A stretch of 61,800 nucleotides of DNA, counting the filler. It is 4 parts of 4 records of this genome, joined end to end, with 100 filler letters (N's around TTAATTAATTAA, not from the genome) between each part and the next. Parts side by side here need not be neighbours in the genome. Positions count along the whole stretch, not along the records: positions 1 to 21,879 come from SRR2962707_2607; 3 more parts are not named here. One strand, written 5' to 3'. A program made the translations under genes and the position numbers. Positions 1-8,934 of the stretch are shown here, in pieces. Position 1 is the stretch's first letter. The number at the start of each line of letters is the position of its first letter. The notes under the pieces were generated by a model. That model saw only the letters and a list, made by a program, of their open reading frames with translations, ran no database searches and was not told the origin of the DNA.

Positions 1-20
1 CGGGTCGAGCCCGGGATGAC
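1..20. repeat. End of a REP-like palindromic element (CGGGTCGAGCCCGGGATGAC), cut by the window edge
   Basis: Hairpin CGGG-TCGAG-CCCG followed by GGATGAC resembles the ends of alphaproteobacterial REP-like repeats; only partly visible. Confidence 0.4.
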
Positions 21-29
21 GATGGTGAG

Positions 30-53
30 GGGGCCGCCTTGTGGCCCCTTTTT
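30..53 (+). terminator. Intrinsic terminator of an upstream + strand gene
   Basis: Stem GGGGCCGC/GTGGCCCC with a 3-nt loop followed by T5. Confidence 0.6.
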
Positions 54-80
54 CGCATGCAGGTCAAATGTCGATTTGGA

Positions 81-536
81 TTAGGGCGCGACGACTTCAA
101 ATTCGAAGCTTTCGCGGAGCCAGTCTTTGACTGAGATGTCGATCCGGTGCTGACCGAGGGGATCGCCTTCGACGAGGCACCAGCGGGAGCCGACCCGGCC
201 GTCGTCGGGCGTCAGGATGCGGTCGGTCTTTGCCGCTGTGCTGTCTGGCGAAACTGTGCTGCCGGGCGCGCCCCAGCTTCCGGCCGGGCCGGGGAGCTGC
301 AGGGTTTCGCGCAGCGCCAGGAAATCGGGTGGGTTCTCGATCTCGACAGTCCAGCCGAAACAGGCCCGGCCCGGAAGATACGGCACCGTCGTTGTGGACC
401 GCGAAAGTTCGGTTCCGTCCTTCTGCGCGATCCAGACGACGAAATCGGTGCCGATGACGCGCGGCTCGCCGGCGGCCACTGCCGGGGCCGACGCCGCCAG
501 CAGGAGAAGGGCGGCAAGGGAGAGTTTTGGACCCAT
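81..536 (-). CDS. Hypothetical exported protein (151 aa)
   Basis: Sec-type signal peptide (MGPKLSLAALLLLAASAPAVA), two Cys, GGAAGGA RBS upstream, directly downstream of gloB. Confidence 0.7.
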   Translation of the reverse strand: MGPKLSLAALLLLAASAPAVAAGEPRVIGTDFVVWIAQKDGTELSRSTTTVPYLPGRACFGWTVEIENPPDFLALRETLQLPGPAGSWGAPGSTVSPDSTAAKTDRILTPDDGRVGSRWCLVEGDPLGQHRIDISVKDWLRESFEFEVVAP

Positions 537-578
537 TGGTGTTTTCCTTCCGGCGCGCGGCGGCGAGCCGATCGCCGC

Positions 579-1346
579 CTAGAAGTTATCCTTGGCCTTG
601 CGGATGGCGCCGAAGATTTGCCAGGCGGGCGCATCTTCGTGATCCATGGCACGGGCCATCTCTGGCGTATCGGCGCGCAGGAAGGGGTTGGCGGCGAAAT
701 CTTCGCCCAGATTGAAGGGAATGGTGGGCTGACCCGCATCGATCTGGGCCTGGGCCTGTTCGGCGCGGGCCTTGAGGGCAGCGTTCTCCGGATCGATCGA
801 GAGGGCGAATTTGGCATTGGCGAGGGTATATTCATGGCCGCAATAAACCATGGTTTCCGGCGGTAGTGCCTTGAGGCGTTCAAGGCCCGCCCACATCGAA
901 TGGGCATCGCCCTCGAACATGCGGCCAACACCCATCGAGAACAGGGCGTCGGCGGAAAACAGCACTTTTTCCTCGGGCGCGAAAAACGCTATGTGGCCCA
1001 GCGTGTGGCCGGGCACGTCGATAACTTCGAAAACCGTTTCACCCAGAGTTACCGTATCGCCGCCACCCACAAGCGTATCGAGACCGGCGATCTTGCCGGC
1101 TTCATCTTTGGGGCCGATGACGTTGCAATCGAAGCGGCGTTTGAGCGGCGCTATGGCGTCGGTGTGGTCGGGGTGATGGTGGGTGATGAAAATGTCTGTC
1201 AGCGCCCAGCCGCGCTTGTCGAGCTCGGCGATTATGGGGGCTTCTTCGGGGGCATCGATGGCGGCGACGCGGCCTGACGCGTCATCGCGGACGAGATAGC
1301 CGAAATTGTCACTTCGGGCAGGGAAGACGGCGATTTCGAGGGACAT
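579..1346 (-). CDS. gloB: Hydroxyacylglutathione hydrolase (glyoxalase II)
   Basis: THHHPDH metallo-beta-lactamase motif, GHTLGHI, CGHEYT, NPFLR; start reassigned to MSLEIAV after a GGAGG RBS. Confidence 0.95.
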   Translation of the reverse strand: MSLEIAVFPARSDNFGYLVRDDASGRVAAIDAPEEAPIIAELDKRGWALTDIFITHHHPDHTDAIAPLKRRFDCNVIGPKDEAGKIAGLDTLVGGGDTVTLGETVFEVIDVPGHTLGHIAFFAPEEKVLFSADALFSMGVGRMFEGDAHSMWAGLERLKALPPETMVYCGHEYTLANAKFALSIDPENAALKARAEQAQAQIDAGQPTIPFNLGEDFAANPFLRADTPEMARAMDHEDAPAWQIFGAIRKAKDNF

Positions 1347-1504
1347 GAGCGAGGCCTCCGGTTTTGATTTTGCGGCGAGGGTAGGGCGGGTGCCAGTCAC
1401 ATGCAAGACAACATCGGGGGTTTGCCATGCCGTGTTTGACCTGGACGGGCAAACCGCCCACATAGGACAATTGTGTTTGCATGTGGCGCGAGTGAACAAA
1501 ACCG

Positions 1505-2239
1505 ATGACACCTGACGTTGACGGTCTGATCCGCTTTTACAAATCGCCGTTGGGCCGGCTGACACGGCAATCGATCCGCCAGCAGGTGAGCGCGCTTGCA
1601 GGCGACGTTACGGGATTGCGGCTGTTGGGGCTGGGATTTGCCACGCCCTATCTGCGCGGTGCCCTTAAAGGGGCCGAGCGGGTTCTGGCCTTCATGCCGG
1701 CGCGGCAGGGGGCTTCGAGCTGGCCGCGCGAGGGGCCCTCGCACACCGTGCTGTGCGATCCGCTGGAAATGCCGCTGACCGATGCGGCAATGGATATGGT
1801 GATCGTCATTCACGGGTTCGAGCACGTTGTGGACCCCGAAGACATGATGCGCGAGTTGTGGCGGATCTGCGCGCCCAATGCGCAGGTGATCATCGTCGTG
1901 CCGCGGCGCCGCGGGCTGTGGGCGGGGCTGGACACCAACCCGTTCGGCTATGGCCAGCCCTATTCGCGCGGGCAGATGGACAAGCTGCTGCGCGATCATT
2001 CGTTTACGCCCGAGGTCTGGCGCGACGGGCTGTTTTTCCCGCCCATTCACTCGGGGCCAATCCTGCGCTCGGCGCGGATGATCGAAAAGGCATCGAAAAT
2101 GTTCGGGCCGACCTTTGCCGGGGCAATGTGCGTGCGCGCGAAAAAGGAACAGTTTCCCGCCATCGCGCGCCGCAGACGGGTGGAAAAGGCGCTCGGGGCG
2201 CCCGAGCTCAGCCCGCAGACGGCGCGCGAGGGGTTTTAG
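1505..2239 (+). CDS. Class I SAM-dependent methyltransferase (Methyltransf_11-like)
   Basis: LLGLGFATPY motif; the divergent position to gloB is the usual proteobacterial arrangement. Confidence 0.85.
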   Translation: MTPDVDGLIRFYKSPLGRLTRQSIRQQVSALAGDVTGLRLLGLGFATPYLRGALKGAERVLAFMPARQGASSWPREGPSHTVLCDPLEMPLTDAAMDMVIVIHGFEHVVDPEDMMRELWRICAPNAQVIIVVPRRRGLWAGLDTNPFGYGQPYSRGQMDKLLRDHSFTPEVWRDGLFFPPIHSGPILRSARMIEKASKMFGPTFAGAMCVRAKKEQFPAIARRRRVEKALGAPELSPQTAREGF

Positions 2240-2240
2240 A

Positions 2241-3491
2241 TCATTTCATCGTTTCACGGAAACGGCGCTGCAAGAACCGTTTCTCGGCCTCTGACGACGA
2301 CAGCCCGATGGCGCGCTGGTAGGACAGGCAGGCGGCGGCGCGATCGCCCAGCCGGGACAAAATATCGGCTCGGACGGCGTGATAGGGCTGGTAGCCGGCC
2401 AGAGGCTGCGCCAATGCATCCAGGGTCATCATCGCGATGTCTGCGCCCTGGCTGTAGGAGATCGCCACGATCCGGTTGAGTTCGAAGACCGGGTTGGGCC
2501 GAAAGGCGAACAGGCCCTGATAGAGAAGGGCGATCTGCGCCCAGTCGGTTTGCGCGAAGGCCGGGCTTTCGGCATGAAGGGCAGCAATGGAAGCCTGCAA
2601 CTGATACGGACCCACAGCCTTGCGGGCCAGGGCCTGCTGAACCAGTTTCAGTCCTTGCGCGATCCGCTCGCGGTCCCATCCGGAGCGGTCCTGATCCTCA
2701 AGCGAGACCATTTCGCCGGCTTTGGTAAGGCGCGTGCCGGTGCGGGCGGCGTGCAAAAGCATGAGGGCCGCAAGGCCTTCAATTTCCGGCTGGTCGGGCA
2801 GCAGGTTCGCCAGGATCGCGGCGAGGCGAATGGCCTCCTCGCAGAGGTCGGCCCGGAACAATTGTCCATCATTGGCCGAGTGACCCTCGGTGAAGATCAG
2901 GTAGATGACAGCCAGCACCGCATCGAGGCGTTCCGCCATGGCGTCGGGCTGCGGCACCTCGAAAGGGATTTTCGCCTGGGCAATCTTGTGCCGGGCCCTG
3001 ACTAGTCGTTGAGCCATGGCGTCGTTGGAGACAATGAAGGCCCGGGCGATCTCTGGCGTGGTCAGTCCGGCCACCGAGCGCAGCGTCAAGGCGACGCTGG
3101 TCATGGCATCGAGGGAGGGATGGCAGCAGGTAAAGATCAGCCGAAGCCGGTCGTCGGAAATGGCGTCGTCTTCAGCAATATTGTCATCGGCGCGGATGAT
3201 CTGCTCGACGAGTGCGATCTGTGGTGCCTTGGCCCGAAAATTGGCGTCGCGGCGCAGCCTGTCCAGGGCCTTGCGCCGCGCCGTCTGCATCAGCCATGCA
3301 CCAGGCGTGGTGGGCAGTCCGTTGCGCGTCCAGTGAACCAGCGCCGATTCCAGAGCGTCCTGCAGGCTGTCCTGGGCAAGCTGGAAGTCACCCAGATTGG
3401 CGACGAGGCCGGAGAGCAGCCGTCCGCCATCGTCGCGCATGAGCGCGGCGATGGCGTTACGGATAGCGGCCTCGTCGACACCACTCGTCAT
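2241..3491 (-). CDS. ECF sigma factor with C-terminal TPR-like extension (ECF42-type)
   Basis: Sigma2/sigma4 motifs, DDRLRLIFTCCHP, GPYQLQASIAALH, 416 aa; translationally coupled to a YciI/DGPF gene. Confidence 0.9.
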   Translation of the reverse strand: MTSGVDEAAIRNAIAALMRDDGGRLLSGLVANLGDFQLAQDSLQDALESALVHWTRNGLPTTPGAWLMQTARRKALDRLRRDANFRAKAPQIALVEQIIRADDNIAEDDAISDDRLRLIFTCCHPSLDAMTSVALTLRSVAGLTTPEIARAFIVSNDAMAQRLVRARHKIAQAKIPFEVPQPDAMAERLDAVLAVIYLIFTEGHSANDGQLFRADLCEEAIRLAAILANLLPDQPEIEGLAALMLLHAARTGTRLTKAGEMVSLEDQDRSGWDRERIAQGLKLVQQALARKAVGPYQLQASIAALHAESPAFAQTDWAQIALLYQGLFAFRPNPVFELNRIVAISYSQGADIAMMTLDALAQPLAGYQPYHAVRADILSRLGDRAAACLSYQRAIGLSSSEAEKRFLQRRFRETMK

Positions 3492-3844
3492 CAGCGGCCA
3501 TAGTCCTCAATGGGACGAACTTCGACGGCTCCGTGCTGTGCCGCCGGAATCAGCGCTGCATATTTGAGCGCCTCGTCCAGGTTGTCACAGTCGAACACAT
3601 AGAACCCGCCGAGCTGCTCCTTGGATTCAACGAATGGGCCGTCCATCGTTTCGGCCTTGCCGCCGCGGACGCGCAACGTTGTTGCGGTGGATGTCGACTT
3701 CAGCGCTTCGCCGATCACCAGGACGCCGTCTTTGGCGTAGCGTTCATTGGCGGTCCGGTAGGATGCCATGAAGGCGCCGAACTCGGGCGAGGTGAAGGCC
3801 GGCGCGGCGGCGGGATCAGAATAGATCAGGGCAATGTACTTCAT
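3491..3844 (-). CDS. YciI/DGPF-family protein
   Basis: DGPFVESKEQLGGFY and GAVEVRP motifs. Confidence 0.9.
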   Translation of the reverse strand: MKYIALIYSDPAAAPAFTSPEFGAFMASYRTANERYAKDGVLVIGEALKSTSTATTLRVRGGKAETMDGPFVESKEQLGGFYVFDCDNLDEALKYAALIPAAQHGAVEVRPIEDYGR

Positions 3845-3895
3845 TGGGGTTTCTCCTTTGGGATGAGTTTGGACGGAATTGGCCCTGCCGCAAGT

Positions 3896-4282
3896 CTATA
3901 ATTGCGACCAGAGCAGGTAGGTGGCTGAGGCCAAAAGCATGAGTTGGGTGCCCACGCCGCCGGCAATGCGCAACGGCTGCATGGGGTTTGCTGCATCAAG
4001 GCCGATGGCATGAACGATGCGCGATGCCACGAGCACCAGTCCGAGAGCGTGAAGCCCCCAGCCTGGCATGCCCCTGGCCTCGCAAAGTGCAAGCAGGAAG
4101 AGGGCCAGGGCGGCATTTTCGACAAGGTTGCCGTGCCGCCGAATGGCGAGCGCAAGACGCTGGTCGTCGCCGTGATGAATCGAGATGCCCGTTCGTCCGC
4201 GGTTCGCGCTGACGATATTGCTCAGAACGAGCACGCCGACCGCGATGATGGCGGCGTAAATGGCAGAAATCTGGAAAAGCAT
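3896..4282 (-). CDS. MAPEG family membrane protein
   Basis: IRRHGNLVEN motif, hydrophobic helices, SRIVHAIG; start reassigned to MLFQISA. Confidence 0.85.
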   Translation of the reverse strand: MLFQISAIYAAIIAVGVLVLSNIVSANRGRTGISIHHGDDQRLALAIRRHGNLVENAALALFLLALCEARGMPGWGLHALGLVLVASRIVHAIGLDAANPMQPLRIAGGVGTQLMLLASATYLLWSQL

Positions 4283-4313
4283 GATGCCCTCGCTGTTGAT
4301 GGTGCGAGGCATT

Positions 4314-4339
4314 GACGAACGGAAGACGGCAAATCGACT
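4314..4339 (-). promoter_or_regulatory. Putative ECF42-dependent promoter (AGTCGA-N16-CGTC)
   Basis: Resembles the recalled ECF42 motif TGTCGA...CG(A/T)C; about 30 nt upstream of the MAPEG-YciI-sigma operon. Confidence 0.6.
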
Positions 4340-4475
4340 CCGCTTTGAAAAAAATTCCTGGAATTGCAGATTTCGAGCGCGGGTTGCCGGCCATGGCGAG
4401 TTCCGCACACATCAGGGGCGAATGCGGACGGGAGTGGTGCTGGGTGGAGCCAGTACCAGAAAACTACGAAAATAC

Positions 4476-4504
4476 TTGCTGACCGATCGATCGGTCAGTA
4501 TAAG
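4476..4504 (+). promoter_or_regulatory. Sigma70 promoter with a perfect 20-bp palindromic TetR operator
   Basis: TTGCTG-N17-TATAAG; CTGACCGATC|GATCGGTCAG at 4479-4498 spans the spacer. Confidence 0.8.
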
Positions 4505-4525
4505 GAGGAAAAAGGGATGTGAAAG

Positions 4526-5095
4526 ATGGGCAGGACCAGCAAGCGGGATGAGATTGTTGCGGCGGCGGTGCGTGTTTTGGCGCGCGAGGGGGCTGCGGGG
4601 CTGACGGCGGCGGGGCTGGCGCGGGAGGCGGGGGTGAGCAAGGCCAATGTCTTCCACCATTTCGAAACGCTCAACGCCGTGGTGCTGGCGGCGTTCGAGG
4701 TGTTTTTGCTGGGCATGGACACCATGGCGCCCGAGCCTGGGACGGGCCTGCGTGACTGGCTGCTGGCGCTGGGCGCGGAAACCATAGCGCAGATGGATGA
4801 GGACCCGGCACTGGCCGGCGCCTATTTCGCCTTTGCGGCGCGGGCCCAGGCCGATCCCGACCTGCGCGAGCGGCTGGCGCAATTGGCGCAGACGGTCGAG
4901 GACCATTTCGTGGCGAGCCTCGAGATGCTGGCGCCTGACGATTTTACCGCCACCGAGCGGCGCGACCTTGCGGCGCTCATCCTGATGACCGGGGACGGAC
5001 TGGCCATGCACAGGCAGCTTTTTCCCGAGCGGGGCGAAAGCCAGGCGGCCGGATGGCGCGCCTTTGTCGACAGTATCGTACCGAAAGGACAGTGA
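4526..5095 (+). CDS. TetR/AcrR family regulator
   Basis: N-terminal HTH LAREAGVSKANVFHHF. Confidence 0.92.
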   Translation: MGRTSKRDEIVAAAVRVLAREGAAGLTAAGLAREAGVSKANVFHHFETLNAVVLAAFEVFLLGMDTMAPEPGTGLRDWLLALGAETIAQMDEDPALAGAYFAFAARAQADPDLRERLAQLAQTVEDHFVASLEMLAPDDFTATERRDLAALILMTGDGLAMHRQLFPERGESQAAGWRAFVDSIVPKGQ

Positions 5096-5098
5096 ACG

Positions 5099-6271
5099 AT
5101 GAAAGCCATCATTTCAGGCGCGGGCATTGCCGGGCTCGCCACCGCCATCGCGCTGAGCCGCGCGGGATGGGCTGTTACGGTGCTCGAAAAGGCCGCCGGG
5201 CTGCGGGAAGGGGGCTATATGCTCGACTTTTACGGGCCGGGCTACGAGGCGGCCGAGGATCTGGGGGTAATCGCTGCGTTGAAATCGCACGCGCGCGGCG
5301 TGGGGCAGGTCGATTTTGTCAACGGCGACGGGCGCGTCGGATCGCAGATGAGCTACGCGCAAATGCGCGACGCGGCGGATGGGAAGCTCTTTCCGATCCT
5401 GCGCGGGGAAATCGAAAAAGAACTGCATGACGCGCTTCCCGATCATGTGGAGGTGCACTATTCGAGCGAGATCGCGGCGGTCGAGAACGGGGCAACCGGG
5501 GTCGGCCTGACGCTTGCCGACGGGCGCAGCATGGAGGCCGATCTGCTGGTTGGCGCCGACGGCATTCACTCCAAAACCCGCAAGCTGGTTTTCGGCCCCG
5601 ACCGGGCGTTCGTGCGCTATCTCGGCTATCATACCGCCGCCTATTTCCTTGAGAGCCCGGAGGTCGCCAAGGCGCTGGCCGACGACTTCAAGATGATGGC
5701 GATCAAGGACCGCATGGCGGGGCTCTATGAGGTCGATGCGGCGCGTATCATGGCGTTCTTCGTGCTCCGCGAGGAGAGCATCGAGCGGCCGGCCGACCCG
5801 TTGGTGCGGCTCAAGGCGGGTTTTGGCGATCTGGGCTGGGTCATGCCCGAAACGCTGGCGGCGGCACCGGCGACAGAGGACATCTATTATGATGTGCTGG
5901 CGCAGGTCGAGATGGATCGCTGGTACAGCAACCGCACGGTTCTGGTCGGGGACGCTGCCTACGCGGTGTCGCTGCTGGCGGGGCAGGGCGCTTCCCTGGC
6001 GCTGGCCGGGGGCCGCGCGCTCGGGCAGGTTCTGGGGGGCGATGGGGATATCGATGCAGGCCTGGCGCAGTTTGACAGCCACTTGCGGCCGCTGGCGCTG
6101 GACAAGCAGAAGGCCGGCCGGAGGATGGCCAACTGGTTCGTTCCGGCAAGCCCGGTGCATGGGATGGTGCGCGATGCGGCGCTCAACGCCATGAACTGGC
6201 CGCCGCTTTCGGGCCTTATGGGGAAGTTCTTTTCGTTCAGCTCCAAGGGGTTCTCGCTGGCATCGCGCTAG
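5099..6271 (+). CDS. FAD-dependent monooxygenase/oxidoreductase
   Basis: GAGIAG, VGADGIHS, and LVGDAAY...GQGASLA fingerprints. Confidence 0.9.
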   Translation: MKAIISGAGIAGLATAIALSRAGWAVTVLEKAAGLREGGYMLDFYGPGYEAAEDLGVIAALKSHARGVGQVDFVNGDGRVGSQMSYAQMRDAADGKLFPILRGEIEKELHDALPDHVEVHYSSEIAAVENGATGVGLTLADGRSMEADLLVGADGIHSKTRKLVFGPDRAFVRYLGYHTAAYFLESPEVAKALADDFKMMAIKDRMAGLYEVDAARIMAFFVLREESIERPADPLVRLKAGFGDLGWVMPETLAAAPATEDIYYDVLAQVEMDRWYSNRTVLVGDAAYAVSLLAGQGASLALAGGRALGQVLGGDGDIDAGLAQFDSHLRPLALDKQKAGRRMANWFVPASPVHGMVRDAALNAMNWPPLSGLMGKFFSFSSKGFSLASR

Positions 6272-6963
6272 GGCAGCGCTTTTTCCAGGGTGGCGTAGCG
6301 GCTGCGGATCAGCCATTTGGTGAGCGTGCGGGCCAGCGTCGGGTGGCCGATCAGAACGATCCTGCCGCTTTCGATTTCCGCCTCGAAACTCGTGTGGCCC
6401 ATCCAGGCGGAGGTGAGGGCGCGCAACGAGCTGACGATGAACAGATCGACGGCAAAGGCGGGATCGGAATAGCAGAGATCGGGTTCGACGCCCGGCTTGA
6501 AAATCAACCAGTAATTGGCTGTCTCGTGGTGCGGCTCATCGAGCGTGAACTGGATGACGCAGCGGTGCGGGGGGAGTTCGAGGCGATTGATCTTGCGCCG
6601 GATGTTCCACATGAGCGAGCGGGCATCGAGATGTTGCAGGGAGACATCGCAATTGATGTTGCGGTGTGCCCATTCCCCGAGCTTTTGAACGAGGGGCTCC
6701 AGTTCATCGGCGATCGGGGTGGTGAAATACTCGGCGTGGCCGCTGGTCGTGCCATCGCGGCGCTGGACGAGGCCCTTGGCCTCCATGTCCTTGAGCCGCT
6801 TGGACAGCAGGGCTGGTGACATGCCCGGCACGCCGCGCTGGATTTCGTTGAAACGGGACGCACCGGCCCATAATTCGCTCAGGACCAGCAGCGTCCAGCG
6901 GGGCTCGAGCATGGTGGACGCCATCGCGATGGGGCAGAAATTGGGGTAAACCGTCTGGCTCAT
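6268..6963 (-). CDS. HxlR-family winged-helix regulator with C-terminal extension
   Basis: FCPIAMA...RWTLLVL...RFNEIQRGVPGMSPALLSKRL; start reassigned to MSQTVY. Confidence 0.88.
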   Translation of the reverse strand: MSQTVYPNFCPIAMASTMLEPRWTLLVLSELWAGASRFNEIQRGVPGMSPALLSKRLKDMEAKGLVQRRDGTTSGHAEYFTTPIADELEPLVQKLGEWAHRNINCDVSLQHLDARSLMWNIRRKINRLELPPHRCVIQFTLDEPHHETANYWLIFKPGVEPDLCYSDPAFAVDLFIVSSLRALTSAWMGHTSFEAEIESGRIVLIGHPTLARTLTKWLIRSRYATLEKALP

Positions 6964-7007
6964 GATGAACCTCCGCGATGAGGTTCCCACACCCTCTCCC
7001 TGCCGGT

Positions 7008-7051
7008 CCAGTTCAAAAACTGTAGCGGGTCTGCTTCAGTCGCAGAACTGG
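7008..7051. promoter_or_regulatory. Paired operator-like inverted repeat between HxlR and tautomerase genes
   Basis: Two CAGT-N6-ACTG palindromes (CAGTTCAAAAACTG, CAGTCGCAGAACTG) within one imperfect inverted repeat. Confidence 0.55.
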
Positions 7052-7105
7052 TCCAATGCATGCGTTTTCCGCACTCTGGCCGGTGTTCGAAACAAGGAGA
7101 ACGAT

Positions 7106-7321
7106 ATGCCACTGGTAGATATTGAAGTGATCGACGGTGTCTTTGACGCAGCCCAGAAAGCCCGCATGATCGAAAAGGTGACCGACGCAATGGTCGCCGT
7201 TGAGGGCGAGGCGATGCGGGGCGTAACCTGGGTTCGCGTCAAGGAAGTGCGCAGCGGTCAATGGGGCATCGGCGGCAATACGCCGAGCGCCGATGACATC
7301 AAGGCGATGGCCAAAAGCTGA
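7106..7321 (+). CDS. 4-oxalocrotonate tautomerase-family protein (71 aa)
   Basis: Met-Pro start (Pro1), WGIGG C-terminal motif, AAGGAG RBS. Confidence 0.88.
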   Translation: MPLVDIEVIDGVFDAAQKARMIEKVTDAMVAVEGEAMRGVTWVRVKEVRSGQWGIGGNTPSADDIKAMAKS

Positions 7322-7442
7322 GCCTTGCGATGGGGGTGGGCGCAATCCGGCTTACGCTGGCGGCACGCCTGCCCCGATCGCTCCTGTCCGGCTGCACCCG
7401 CTCCGGTTGAGAAATCCGGTTGCGGGTGTTTGCTTGTGTGGA

Positions 7443-7469
7443 TTAAGATGACAAGAATACTCAGCTTAA
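7443..7469 (+). promoter_or_regulatory. Iron-responsive operator-like palindrome (TGA-N9-TCA core)
   Basis: TTAAGATGA-CAAGAATAC-TCAGCTTAA directly upstream of a siderophore-binding protein gene; core matches the RirA IRO motif. Confidence 0.6.
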
Positions 7470-7482
7470 AAGAGGTCGTCTC

Positions 7483-8517
7483 ATGCTCGCAACTTCTCGT
7501 TCCTGCCCGATAGGCGTTGTGTTGGGGGCCGCTGTCGTATGCCTGTCGCTGACGGGGGCGGGCGCGGCGCAGACCGCGGGTGGTGAAAGCGGTGGCGCGC
7601 AGTGCGGGGGCTATCCGGCGCCGGCCTTTCCCGACCTCACGCCGGTGGCAGGTGCCCAAGGCAGCAGCACAATCGCAAGCGGCTTTGGCGATGTGGAGAT
7701 GCCTACGGCGCCGGGAGCCGCGCTGGGGATGTACACGACCGATGTCGATATCCTGATCTGGCTGGGCTTTCCGCTGGCCGGCAGCCAGCCCATTCGCAGC
7801 GGCAACGGCTATAGCGAATTCCCGTGTTTTTTCCCGCAAGCGCAGCTTGAGGGCATCACCACGTTCGGCAATTATCCCGATTACAATTACGAAGCGATCT
7901 TGCTTGCCGAACCCGATTTCATTCTCAACGGGTTGGGCTATGACGAGGCGGTCAATGAGCGGCTGCCCCAGATCGCGCCGACCTATAGCGTCAACGCTTT
8001 CGACGGGCGCTTCTGGCAGGACCATTTCGAGGAAACGGCCGAGGTGCTGGGGCGGTCGGACCGGTATGAGGCGTGGCTGGAGATATACCAGACGCGGCTT
8101 GCCGAGGTTCGGGACCTCATCGGGGACGCCGATCTCGTGGTTTCGCCGCTGGGCTATTGGGACGGCACGTTCAGCGCCAGTTGCTATGTCGGGGTCGAAT
8201 GCGCGGTGTTTGAGGATCTGGGGCTGACGATTTTCGAGGGCGCGCTAAGGAACGAGGGGGATGGCGTCGCGCTCAGCCCCGAGGAGATCGGCCAGTTCGA
8301 CGTTGTCGATTATGCCTTCATCCCGATCAGCGTGGGCGACGAGGGGCTTGCCGCGCACGCGACGCTGATGGAAGAGGCCGCCAGGAACCCGTTATGGGCC
8401 CGGCTCAATGTCGTTGAGGACGAGCACATCGTCCCGTTCGAGCTGGAGATGGTGTTCGGCTCACCGAGCGGGCAACTGGCTTTTCTCGAAGTCGTGGCGC
8501 AGACGCTGTCGCAGTAG
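7483..8517 (+). CDS. Iron-siderophore/cobalamin-type ABC substrate-binding protein
   Basis: Signal peptide, NYEAILLAEPDFIL, ERLPQIAPT, NPLWARLNVV motifs typical of FepB/FhuD class. Confidence 0.8.
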   Translation: MLATSRSCPIGVVLGAAVVCLSLTGAGAAQTAGGESGGAQCGGYPAPAFPDLTPVAGAQGSSTIASGFGDVEMPTAPGAALGMYTTDVDILIWLGFPLAGSQPIRSGNGYSEFPCFFPQAQLEGITTFGNYPDYNYEAILLAEPDFILNGLGYDEAVNERLPQIAPTYSVNAFDGRFWQDHFEETAEVLGRSDRYEAWLEIYQTRLAEVRDLIGDADLVVSPLGYWDGTFSASCYVGVECAVFEDLGLTIFEGALRNEGDGVALSPEEIGQFDVVDYAFIPISVGDEGLAAHATLMEEAARNPLWARLNVVEDEHIVPFELEMVFGSPSGQLAFLEVVAQTLSQ

Positions 8518-8529
8518 CGGCTGCCCTTT

Positions 8530-8901
8530 TTACTGCTGCTTGCCGATGCGGCCCAGATGGGTGACCGAAAAGCCTTCGGGCGATTTCAGCCCATAGCCCA
8601 GCATCCGGTCGAGGCCGCAATGGGCCAGCCACAGCGCGCCGAGCAGGACAAGAAGCGGGATGGCGGCCAGAAGGCCCACGGCCAAAAGCGCTGCGCCGAA
8701 GCCATAGATATGGACCAGATTGTAGCAGAACGCCCCGACGCGCGGGCCGAGGGCGTAGGCGGCAAAGCTCAGATCGGGCGCAAAAAAGATCAGCAGCGCG
8801 ACCCACCAGGCCATTGTGTCATTGAAATGGATAAAGAGCGCGAGGCCGGCGGCCAGAACGAGCAGGCCCTCGACGCGTTGCCAGAGAACAGCGTGGATCA
8901 T
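8530..8901 (-). CDS. DUF4260-like membrane protein
   Basis: FAPDLSF, YNLVH, AHCGLDRMLGYGLK, THLG motifs. Confidence 0.85.
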   Translation of the reverse strand: MIHAVLWQRVEGLLVLAAGLALFIHFNDTMAWWVALLIFFAPDLSFAAYALGPRVGAFCYNLVHIYGFGAALLAVGLLAAIPLLVLLGALWLAHCGLDRMLGYGLKSPEGFSVTHLGRIGKQQ

Positions 8902-8934
8902 CGGGGGGCCTCCGGTCAATCAGGTTTGCGCACC

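Noticed and set aside
69-95. TGTCGA-N17-CGAC resembling an ECF42 promoter
   Set aside because: It points antisense into the 81-536 gene with no plausible target; probably chance
1378-1465. RpoH-like promoter motifs for gloB and the methyltransferase
   Set aside because: Plausible but too degenerate to distinguish from sigma70 by eye
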